From Naegleria gruberi (Eukaryota): a DNA stretch of 64,000 nucleotides. Below the pieces are notes generated by a model. That model did not search any database. It saw nothing but the letters and a program-made list of their open reading frames with translations, and was not told the origin of the DNA. Both the position numbers and the translations under genes were made by a program. The stretch is taken from NCBI GenBank assembly GCA_000004985.1, contig GG738856.1. One strand, written 5' to 3'. Shown here one piece after another: positions 55,339-64,000 of the stretch. Each line of letters opens with the position of its first letter. Within the stretch, counting starts at the first letter, position 1.

Positions 55339-55447
55339 TTATCAATGAAATACTCAGAATAAAAACTGAAAATGAAGTTAATATCAGAATTGAATGCAAT
55401 CTTTAGTTTCCGTTTTCCAAAAACATTTTTTATGAATTTTAAAAAAA

Positions 55448-56314
55448 ATGTCAGACCCAACATTGTGGGATTCTCTCATTCAAATTATTCAACTCGAGAA
55501 GGAATTGATCAATGTGATCATTTCTCATGAAAATCATCTTCAACAAACCGGAAGTGAACAAGTGGTTGAATATTATGAAAAATTAGTGGACGAATATTTG
55601 AGATTTATTAAAGATCATTTCATGATTAATAACAAATTCGGAAATGGAGTGGATTATTGTTCATCATTTCTTGAAAGATATTACAAAATTAAAAGAGGAG
55701 AATTATCCAATCAAGAGAAATATAATCAATTTCATGAATTGTTTCTAATGGTGAAGAGACAATCATCTGAAGAATTTATTAAACATGTATTAACAACAGA
55801 GGAAGAACATTCATCATTTATTACTACTGATTCGGAGGCATCAACCAATAATGTTGGATGGAATAAGAAATGTTTAGCATTTGAAAGTAAGATGAAGAAT
55901 AGAATTTTAACATTAGCCAATCAGCAATATTCAATGGTTTATGGAATTGCCTCTCATGAATGTCCTCTCTCTAATACTCAACAATCAAGGAAGGATCTTG
56001 ATGAGAGCTCCATACTAATGGCATGCATTTATGCTTGTATGATATTGCATGAGGAAAATTTGCCAATTCAATCTGATTCAATTTTGAAAATTGTTCAAGC
56101 TTCAAATATTGAGATACCCTCTGCGTATGCTTCACTGGTGGCCAAGTATTTAAAGAATCATTCATTGAAGGGTATTATTGATAATTTGCAAGAAGAGGAT
56201 ATCAATGTTGCACCATCTACACCACATGATAATCATCAATCAGTTCCATATGGTATAGAGCTTTCTGAATACGGAATAGATGAAAACATAGATATCTTTG
56301 GTGATATGTTTTAA
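55448..56314 (+). CDS. Protein of 288 aa whose C-terminal ~100 residues form a ribosomal acidic stalk protein P1/P2-like domain; the N-terminal ~190 aa are of unknown function
   Basis: The C-terminal ILMACIYACMILHEENLPIQSDSILKIVQASNIEIPSAYASLVAKYL...IDIFGDMF aligns with ribosomal P1 [46 protein letters not shown]...MGFGLFD. Confidence 0.5.
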   Translation: MSDPTLWDSLIQIIQLEKELINVIISHENHLQQTGSEQVVEYYEKLVDEYLRFIKDHFMINNKFGNGVDYCSSFLERYYKIKRGELSNQEKYNQFHELFLMVKRQSSEEFIKHVLTTEEEHSSFITTDSEASTNNVGWNKKCLAFESKMKNRILTLANQQYSMVYGIASHECPLSNTQQSRKDLDESSILMACIYACMILHEENLPIQSDSILKIVQASNIEIPSAYASLVAKYLKNHSLKGIIDNLQEEDINVAPSTPHDNHQSVPYGIELSEYGIDENIDIFGDMF

Positions 56315-56322
56315 CTTGTCAT

Positions 56323-57675
56323 TTATTTAAAAGAAAGAACACAAGTTTTAGATCTGGATGAGCAATACAATTCACCATTTTCACAATCCAAAGCAATATC
56401 AATTCCCTTTCCAGATGTACTAACATCAAAGAATTCATTATTATAGTCAACCCATTCTTGTCCTTCTTGATTCATTGAAACAATTCCATATTGAGTAGTA
56501 AATATTCTACCAGTTTCGTTTTCAATTACTAATCTTCCAGTTCTTCCACATGGAGTTTTCAATTCAACCTTTTTGAGAATCTTTCCCTTCTTATTACATA
56601 CAATCATTTCGTATTCTGAAAGTAAAACCAAATCATTATTGGAATTCAATGCAAGTGATGCAAAATCAGTATTTCCAAATATATTTTGACCTTGCAAGTT
56701 TTCCCTTAACGATTTAATGACCTTTCCAGTGTCAGGACACAAAAAGTCAATGCCGCCTCTTTGTAACAGGTAAATAGTGCCATCATGCTTATCAACTGCC
56801 ATGCTTCTAATGATTCCCATGTCTTCATCATTCTCCCAATAGGTCATTTTACCATCTCTTGAAATTTTCACAATAGTTGAGGCACAACATCTGTCAATTA
56901 CATAGACAAGAGCATCATCTCTCAAATCATAGCATGTATGATAGTGATCTCTATCTTGTGGTTCTTTAAAATGGTTGACCATCAATTTAGTTTTAGTATC
57001 AAATTCAAAAATAGTACTACGATCTGAAACAAATAGTTTTCCATGTTTGGAATCCAAACAAATAGCATTTGGACCAGTGAATTCAAAATTGAAATCTTCA
57101 TTTTCACCCAATTTCTTTTCATCTTCATATTCAAGACTGAACGGAACATTTCTTGCTACAGTGGTCAGCACCTTATGAGTATGAGAACTAGTCTTGGTTG
57201 ACTTGTTGTGTAACTTGAAATGATTTTCACACAAATTAACCTTACACTGCTCACACCAATATCCAGCAGCGATAGACTCACCATGTTCCTTCAAACATTT
57301 AGCACAATCACAAGTATTTTTCAAAGCAGGAATCTCAACAACAGATGAAGCATGTGATTTCGTCTTGTTTGAATTATTATGCAAATTGATGTGATTTTCA
57401 CAAAAGTTCATTGAGCAAGTTGGACATGAATGGGTAGCAATCACTTCTTCCTCTTCATCCTTCAAACATTTATCACAATACTTGATGGAAATCTCAACCT
57501 TTGGTGGAAGAAATGAAATTTCCTTGACATGGCTTGTATGTGATCTCGTCTTGTTGGAATTATTGTGTAATCCCAAATGGTTCTCACACATATTCATGTT
57601 ACATTCTGAACAATGGTGCGTGGCTTGAACTTCCTCTTCGTCATCCTTCCAACATTTATCACAATGAATCATCAT
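56323..57675 (-). CDS. RING-less TRIM-like protein with three tandem B-box zinc fingers followed by an NHL-repeat beta-propeller
   Basis: Three B-boxes of about 45 aa. The first two share the shape CDKC.KD.EEEV.ATH.C..C.MN.CENH..LHNNSNKT.SH; the third (CAKCLKEH...CEQCKVNLCENHFKLHNKSTKTSSH) is a more divergent copy. NHL-type blades follow (e.g. LFVSDRSTIFEFD, IYLLQRGGIDFLCP). ATG at 57675, single exon. Confidence 0.7.
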   Translation of the reverse strand: MMIHCDKCWKDDEEEVQATHHCSECNMNMCENHLGLHNNSNKTRSHTSHVKEISFLPPKVEISIKYCDKCLKDEEEEVIATHSCPTCSMNFCENHINLHNNSNKTKSHASSVVEIPALKNTCDCAKCLKEHGESIAAGYWCEQCKVNLCENHFKLHNKSTKTSSHTHKVLTTVARNVPFSLEYEDEKKLGENEDFNFEFTGPNAICLDSKHGKLFVSDRSTIFEFDTKTKLMVNHFKEPQDRDHYHTCYDLRDDALVYVIDRCCASTIVKISRDGKMTYWENDEDMGIIRSMAVDKHDGTIYLLQRGGIDFLCPDTGKVIKSLRENLQGQNIFGNTDFASLALNSNNDLVLLSEYEMIVCNKKGKILKKVELKTPCGRTGRLVIENETGRIFTTQYGIVSMNQEGQEWVDYNNEFFDVSTSGKGIDIALDCENGELYCSSRSKTCVLSFK

Positions 57676-58025
57676 TTGATTTGATTATTCTTAATTTTTT
57701 CTAAATATCTCTTAGAGAGATTTTATCAACAATGAAAGTGAGGAGTTTTGGGTGAATGTTCAATAACAAAGAGCTGTAATCTTACTATTGATTAGTACAG
57801 CGCACGAATCCTTGACCCAACATGTACAAATAGTCGGTGAACATACCATGAACACTAAAAGGAAATACTAATTAAGGCTTGCTCGAAAAGTACCTACCAT
57901 TAAATATGAACCTATTGGGATGTGTCGTAATCACTGAAATATATCACCTCGCTGCTAAACAGCGTCATCTTTTAGCCTCTCAATAATGTGTTGTTTGCTT
58001 ATTCAATTTGTCCACACAACAAAAA

Positions 58026-59039
58026 ATGTCCTCACAACTCTCTGTATTGAAAGAATGTCAATGGTGTTTACAGCATGATGATGAGCATTGTGTAGCTACT
58101 CATCAATGTGCTGATTGTAAGGTTGATTCACATGAATATTTATGTGAATTACATGCAAATATTCACAAACAAGTTACCAAGTATAAATCTCACAATATGC
58201 AATCGCTTTCCTTTGGACCTATTTGTGATTTGAAAATCAATCCTACTTTTAAATTGAGTGAATTCAAGTTTTATCAGCCAAGCAGTTGTGTAATCGCTCA
58301 ACAATCTTTATTCGTCACTGATCGTGATTCCATATTTGAGTTTAATTTGAAATCGGGTGAATTGGTACAACATTTTAATGAACCTCAAGAGAGATATCCA
58401 AGAAATTTATGTTATGATCCTTCTGATGATACTCTTGTTTATTGTATTGAAAGAGGATCTTCTTTTGATGTTGTTAAATTATCTAAAAATGGTAAAAGAA
58501 TTTTGTGGGAAATACAAGATCAATTACGAATTAGTGATATGTGTGTCGACAAGATGAATAATGGAAATGTCTACACCGTTCAAAAAGATGGTATTGTTGT
58601 CATCAATAAGGGAAAAGTTGTTAATACTTTGAGAGATGACTTGAACGGTGACAATATGTTCATCAATATTGCCTACGACTCATTGGTTGGTGTTGCAACT
58701 GATTGTAATGACCAATTGATCATTTCTACAAAGAGATGGATTTTGATTTGCGATAAAAAGGGAAAAATTCTCAAGAAGGGACAAAAGATTAGAGAAGGTG
58801 AAAGTTGTAGAATTCAAGTTGATCCAATTCAATCTGACAGAATTTATTATATTGGTGATGAATGTTTGGAATCATGTTTATTGAATGGAACCAAGAGATT
58901 GTTTCTGAAATATGATCCAAATTATGAAGAGAGGTTTGAAATTTATTGTGGAGCTGGTTTAGATTTTGTAATTGACTTTGAATCAAGACAATTAATTGTT
59001 GCTAATATTTGTAAAGGAAAGATTCAAGTATTCCACTAG
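58026..59039 (+). CDS. B-box zinc finger + NHL-like beta-propeller protein, paralog of 56323..57675
   Basis: The ORF-track start 58008 is a TTG. The ATG is at about 58026 (MSSQLSVLKECQWC). The B-box is CQWCLQHDDEHCVATHQCADCKVDSHEYLCELHANIHKQVTKYKSH. Propeller blades are collinear with the divergently transcribed neighbour (LFVTDRDSIFEFN, VYTVQKDGIVVI). Confidence 0.65.
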   Translation: MSSQLSVLKECQWCLQHDDEHCVATHQCADCKVDSHEYLCELHANIHKQVTKYKSHNMQSLSFGPICDLKINPTFKLSEFKFYQPSSCVIAQQSLFVTDRDSIFEFNLKSGELVQHFNEPQERYPRNLCYDPSDDTLVYCIERGSSFDVVKLSKNGKRILWEIQDQLRISDMCVDKMNNGNVYTVQKDGIVVINKGKVVNTLRDDLNGDNMFINIAYDSLVGVATDCNDQLIISTKRWILICDKKGKILKKGQKIREGESCRIQVDPIQSDRIYYIGDECLESCLLNGTKRLFLKYDPNYEERFEIYCGAGLDFVIDFESRQLIVANICKGKIQVFH

Positions 59040-59065
59040 AAGCAAGTAAGAATAAATTAAATAGT

Positions 59066-62000
59066 TTATTTTTCAATGCCTGGTCTAACTCTATTTAGAT
59101 CTAATTTCATAGATTGAGATCTCTTCATAGATCTAGCTGCTACTTGAGACTTGAATACAGCTTCCTTGGCTTTCTTGAATTGTAAAACAAATTCTGAAAT
59201 TAAAGCAAAGAATTCATCTTCTGCCAATTGCTTGTCGGTGGATTCAACAGGAACAAAGTGATAGAATTCATAACAGGCAGTGAATTCCTTTTGGAGTTTT
59301 TCAAATGATTCTTTGGTTGAAGGGAAGTCCTTTTGGCAGAGTTCATAAAATTCTTCTAACATTTTCTTGTAAGAATCAGTATAGGCTCCTCTTGGAATAT
59401 CTTGCTTGGATTTACAAATAAACTTGTACATTGATTCTAATTCAGAAAAATTCAACACAAGTCCAGGAACAGTAATTATGACACCATTATTACACACACC
59501 TGCCTCGTAGAGTTCTTCATCAAAGTTTCTTGTTTCTTCATCACATATTTTTACAAGATAGCTTATCAAAGTAGTACTCTTATCGACGGTTGATCTTGTA
59601 TCTTTAAGTTTAGTCAAAATTCTCAAATCAAATCCTTCACCTTCCAAACGCTTCTTACCTCTGTTCATAAAGCTACCAATGGCAAGGACATATGACAAAA
59701 GCTTGGCAAATGACTTGCAATTAACTATACACTCGATGGCTTTTCTCTTCTTTTCAATCTTTTCACTAACTTCTTTAAGTAAGATTGGGAATGATGACAT
59801 GTATCTCATCAATCTAAGCTTGGAGGCAACATCTTCAATAGCCAAAATATCCAAGAAGAAAATATCAGACTTTGGAAGTTCTTCGCGATCCAACCCCTTA
59901 AGTTTAGTCTTCATTGTTAAGGTATCACCACTACTTGTGAATTGTTCTAAATTCTCAATTTGTTGATTAGTGAGCTTTGTAATATCAAGATTATTGATAG
60001 CTTCAACAACAATTTCATTACTAATAGATTTAAATTGACTGTTAATAATAATTTCAATATTTCTAGCTGTCTTGTTATCAATAATACCTTCAGTTGCCAA
60101 TGATTTTTGTAAAGTTCTAGGAGAAGCTTTGGTACCGCCTCTTGGTGAGGTAAATCCTTGTCTTGGAGTGGCACCACCAGTGGCTGGTTCTGGTTCTTCT
60201 TCAGCCTTTGTTTGTTTAGCAAACAACATTTCAATTTTTTCCAAATCAATCATGTTAGGATCAACTTCAATCTTACTCCACACAGAATATTCCGAGTCAA
60301 CTTTCTTGATTGGCTTCCAATGCAATTGTTTGGTCTTACTGACCTCTTCTTCTTCAGTGTGTTGAATGTACTTCTTTTTAGTACCAAAAGAGATTGCGCC
60401 AGGTGGAGGTGGAACACCAGGTGGGAAAGGAATACCGCCAGGTGGGAGAGGGATTCCCATGCCTGGTGGAGGTGGAATGTTACCAAATGGAGGTGGAGGC
60501 GGAATGTTACTACCTGGAGGTGGAGGAATATTACTTCCACCAGGTGGAAGTGGAATATTGGAAGATGGTAAAGGAATATTACTATTTGGCACAGGAGAAT
60601 TATTTACAGATGTTGGTTGTGTTGTAGTACTTGGTTCAGGTTCCTTTTCTTCCTCTACTATATTCATATCAGCATAAGGTTTTGTCGAGATTAGATATCT
60701 GGCATGTTCAATTTCTGTTGTTCTAGATAAGAAATGAGGACACTTTTCAAGTGAACAAACTAATTCAGTCCAATAACTTGTTGAAAGATCAGCTGCATCT
60801 TCCTCACTTGCACAATCAATTTCTGAAAAGTTTAACTCTAGTTTAAAGTTTCCGGAGAAACTTGGTGAATTGTGAGCCCAATCGAGTTCACTCTTGTCTA
60901 CCACTACTACAGTGCTTGTTAAAAAAAGAGTATTAAAAGTAAATCTAAAGAGAGAAATAATGTTACCATCGTCAGCCATTGTAAAAGCAAGAAGAATAAA
61001 ATCTCCCATCAATGGTTTGCTTTCATTGAATGGTAATGTATAGTGGAACCATGTTTCAATTCTTGTAGAAGGTCTTTCTTCACCTCTTGGTGAACTCATA
61101 AATGTTTTTCTTCTCTCAACTCTTGGAGCATTATTAACAGAAGCTGTAGTAAATGTAGAAAACAAAATATCGGTTTGTTTTCTTACGACGAAATATAACT
61201 TTCTATATTGGAAAGAATTTAGACTGTCAGGAACTGTATCTTCATCATCACCTTTAATTGCAAGCCATTCATCTCTTTTAGGTGTTGTTCTAGATGGTTG
61301 CAAACTCATTCTTCTATCGCGTGATGTTGACTCAACCATTGATGTTGCCATATTATGATTAGAATGTTTTACACATAACCTAGAACTATTCATGGAAATG
61401 CATTGCAATCTAAATACTGAAGGTTTAAAGAAACCTTTAAATGTTGGGTTGACTGAAGGAGAAAATGTCAACATTGGAACATCGTGTACCATCAAAGTGA
61501 GTGGTCTTTGAAGTGAAATAAGGAATAAATTAGCATAACGATAAACTGATGGTTCAAGACTCTTCAAAAGAGTCATAGATTTTGGATTCAATTTCTTTTC
61601 TAATCTAGTATATACAATATCTCTTGCTTGGTTCAAAATCATCATGGTATTTAAAATTCTCTGACTATAATTTGTTGTTGTGGTGGTTGTTGTTTGGTTA
61701 CTTGTAGTAGAAACTGCATCAAGATCATTATTATTGAGAAGCACTTTTCCATCTTCTTCATCTGCTGTTGTAACTGTAATATTAACTTCATTATCTTGTG
61801 ATTGATTTGGTTCCACATTAGGTGAAACTTCTGTTGAATTTGATTGTGGTTGTTGCTGATCAGAAGTATCCAAATTTTCAAGAGAATTTACACTAACAGA
61901 GGCCAGATTAGATGATGAACCTCCTGCTCCATCTAAAACAACAGTTGTGACTGTTCTTTCTGGATGATGAGATTTGAGACTAGATTGTTCAATTCCGTAC

Positions 62001-62319
62001 ATATCCATATACATTTTAGAATCAGTATATGAAACAAATACAGCTGCTAATAAAAGTGCATAACAAGTTGTTTTTGTTGATGCAACAATAACAATACAAT
62101 AATCTTTGGAAGTTGAATAATTTAGGAGGAAATTATCAATCATGGATGAAAGGGAAAGAAGTACTGGAAGTTGTTCGAAATGTTCACTAATGACAGGAGT
62201 TGAACCAATTTCGAAACATGGTCTCGTCGTTACGGCAGGAAATGGTTTAGAAGTGAAATTGAATACAAAAACCTTGTCACTGTACTTATCAGTCAACATG
62301 GTTGATATTCTATTGTTCA
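59066..62319 (-). CDS. Formin (FH1 polyproline + FH2 domain) with an atypical N-terminal region
   Basis: Single exon of 1084 aa. The FH1 domain has repeated (N/G)IPPPPG tracts, encoded by the cca/cct-rich stretch at about 60370..60560. The FH2 lasso/knob is ...KQLHWKPIKK... with a long helical FH2 core. The N-terminal segment DYCIVIVASTKTTCYALLLAAVFV loosely resembles a degenerate PTEN phosphatase P-loop region. Confidence 0.8.
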
Positions 62320-63383
62320 TTTCATCAGTTCCATTGTCATTGTGAATATCTAGTAGTAGTAATAGTAATAGTATTGATGATGATATGGAGATGGTAAATA
62401 TTTAGAATATCACACAATCATAGCAGTGATAAGCAGAGATGATGAAAATTATTGATAGTAGTAGGGTGTTGGTGATTGGATGATATCATCACAAAGATTT
62501 TAATAGTAATATTCCATCATAAATGTTATAGTTTGTCATTATCGGAATAAACCAACAGCCATTTGAATAAATTACTTGACATTTTCATACACAAATCTAC
62601 TTACATTTCAGCCTCTCGTTTATATTAATATCTATAATATCATTATAGTTCCAATAGTTACGCAGAGCCTTGAACATTTTTCAAAATAGGAGAGAATAAT
62701 ACTATGTACACACTCTATACTCTCCAAATTAACGTTCTCGGATTTTTCTAAAAATCGGTGGTGTTGGTGTTCTTCTTCTTCTTGTCGTATCGATTTTCTA
62801 TTATAATCAAACACAATAATAACACCTCTCCAATTCGCTGATCGTTGTTGTTGTGATTTTTTTAAAATTTGTTGCTGTGAATGCAAACGTCTCGTTATTA
62901 ACGCACAAACGTGTAACCTAGAAAATATTTTATCACTCTCTCGGAGACTCTTTACACGGAAGAGGGAAAAGGAGTTTTGAAGAGGTTGATTGTACAATTG
63001 TTGGTGTTATTGAATGGTGAAATACGACTCTTCAACGGGATGGTTTTTTGATGCTGATTTGTCAAAGGTTCTTTGTTCAACAGTGAAAGTTGGTGAGCTG
63101 CTGGTTGTTGGAAACTAGACGAAAGAGTGAAGAATGTAAACTGTCTTGTTTTTTTCAAAGTGGAAAGTATTTTGATACAAGTGATGAAAGGAATGCTGTC
63201 ATGAAACACGCTCAATGAAGATCACCAGCAAGAAGGGCAATTTGGCAAGTTCCGAAAATAACAGACGTAAATATTTTGTCAACATTCATCAGCTTTTGTA
63301 TGAGGAAACCACGAAAGCAAGATCTCTCAAAATAACAACACAGTCAATCAACGAAAATGTGATCAAGATAAAAACAAAACTGT

Positions 63384-63992
63384 TTATTGCAATAATTTAT
63401 CAACCATAGAATCGTAACGATGATAAGTTTCGTCTGATTCAGTTCTTTCATGAACTGATTGATTTGAGGCAGTTTGTGATGCACCTGGTGTTGATGGTTT
63501 GTTTGGAGAGTTACCGACAAAATATGGACTTGAATTGCTCAAGTTATTGGCAGAGTTAGAAGTTAGATGAGAAGGAGATTGGCCAAACATAGAGAAAGTG
63601 GATGGTGGATATCCAATTGTGTTTTGAGTCATTGGACTTGCAAATGAACCCATTCCAAATGAGTTACTGTCCAAGAATGGAGAAAGAGTTCTTCCCAAAC
63701 CACTTGGATTTCCACTTTGTGATTGAGGATTAAAAATGGATTGATATGGAGGAGAGTAGAGTGAGAATAAATTTCCACTTTCCATCAATGAAGGTCCATT
63801 TGATAATAAATTTGAGGTGGAATTTCCCAATCCACCAAGAATACCTGGATCAGTGTATGCTCTCTTGTTGAGAGGAGCTTGGAAATTGGTTTTGATTTGA
63901 AGAGTTGGAGATGGTGGAGTTTGTGGACAAGTAGATGTTGAAATATCATTATCATTACTACCACTTGTACTAGTGGTGGTATTATTCGACAT
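63384..63992 (-). CDS. Hypothetical S/T/N/P-rich low-complexity protein (about 202 aa)
   Basis: ATG at about 63992 (MSNNTTTSTSG...). The composition-biased ORF ends at 63384. It could be an N-terminal exon of a longer gene. Confidence 0.3.
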   Translation of the reverse strand: MSNNTTTSTSGSNDNDISTSTCPQTPPSPTLQIKTNFQAPLNKRAYTDPGILGGLGNSTSNLLSNGPSLMESGNLFSLYSPPYQSIFNPQSQSGNPSGLGRTLSPFLDSNSFGMGSFASPMTQNTIGYPPSTFSMFGQSPSHLTSNSANNLSNSSPYFVGNSPNKPSTPGASQTASNQSVHERTESDETYHRYDSMVDKLLQ

Positions 63993-64000
63993 TTTTGGTG

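Noticed and set aside
60366-60677. Plus-strand ORFs and a short-period repeat rich in ggtggagg / ccacctcc
   Set aside because: These are the antisense strand of the formin FH1 polyproline-coding region (minus strand). It is not a CRISPR array or an independent gene.
62632-63215. ORFs of 121 aa and 87 aa between the formin start and the S/T-rich gene
   Set aside because: They have basic or low-complexity composition and no start context. This is most likely a 5'/3' UTR or a promoter region. A missed small gene cannot be excluded, but nothing supports one.
1-64000. Prokaryotic interpretation (operons, RBS, Rho-independent terminators, defence islands)
   Set aside because: GT-AG introns with GTAAGT donors interrupt otherwise conserved eukaryotic proteins (PP6, BRE1, VAMP7, ALKBH6, MED14). 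Together with a eukaryotic-type tRNA and eukaryote-only gene families, this shows it is nuclear eukaryotic DNA. Bacterial feature classes were therefore not called.

Overview
This 64-kb window is AT-rich (about 32-35% GC) eukaryotic nuclear DNA using the standard genetic code, not a prokaryotic locus. It holds about 40 protein-coding genes on both strands, roughly one per 1.6 kb. Introns are canonical GT-AG but very short (38-92 nt, donors mostly GTAAGT or GTATGT), and intergenic spacers are tiny: several convergent gene pairs have stop codons 0-8 nt apart, and two same-strand genes are 24 nt apart. Many proteins carry N/Q/S/T low-complexity tracts. There is one tRNA-Lys(CUU) and one 168-nt assembly gap of N.

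Recognisable housekeeping genes are a small Tim (twin CX3C), proline dehydrogenase, an mL40-like mitoribosomal protein, the PP6 catalytic subunit (2 exons), peptide:N-glycanase (PNGase), a peroxisomal TYSND1/Deg15-like protease ending in -SKL, ALKBH6, a VAMP7 longin SNARE, UPF3, the BRE1 E3 ligase, MED14, PSMD5, a metallophosphoesterase and a formin. The ciliary genes outer-arm dynein intermediate chain 2 (DNAI2) and an ODA-docking-complex-like coiled-coil protein imply an aerobic organism with motile cilia or flagella, mitochondria and peroxisomes. The exact lineage cannot be fixed from sequence alone (AT-rich protist or very compact invertebrate).

The provided ORF track translates non-ATG (TTG/GTG) first codons as M, so true starts were re-derived where possible. 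My hand-counted intron coordinates may be off by 1-2 nt.

Features worth a second look:
- a tandem pair of fatty-acid-hydroxylase-family genes with a gene-conversion signature;
- two Rho/Rac-like GTPases that have lost the catalytic switch-II Gly-Gln but keep CaaX boxes, one fused to an F-box-like N-terminal extension;
- PNGase fused to a legume-type lectin domain;
- a head-to-head pair of RING-less B-box+NHL genes, one with three B-boxes;
- a DNAI2 gene with an apparent internal deletion and frameshift;
- a 288-aa protein whose C-terminus is a ribosomal P1/P2-stalk-like domain;
- a Ly6/uPAR-like GPI-anchored protein;
- a BTB(T1)-pentapeptide-TLDc protein.
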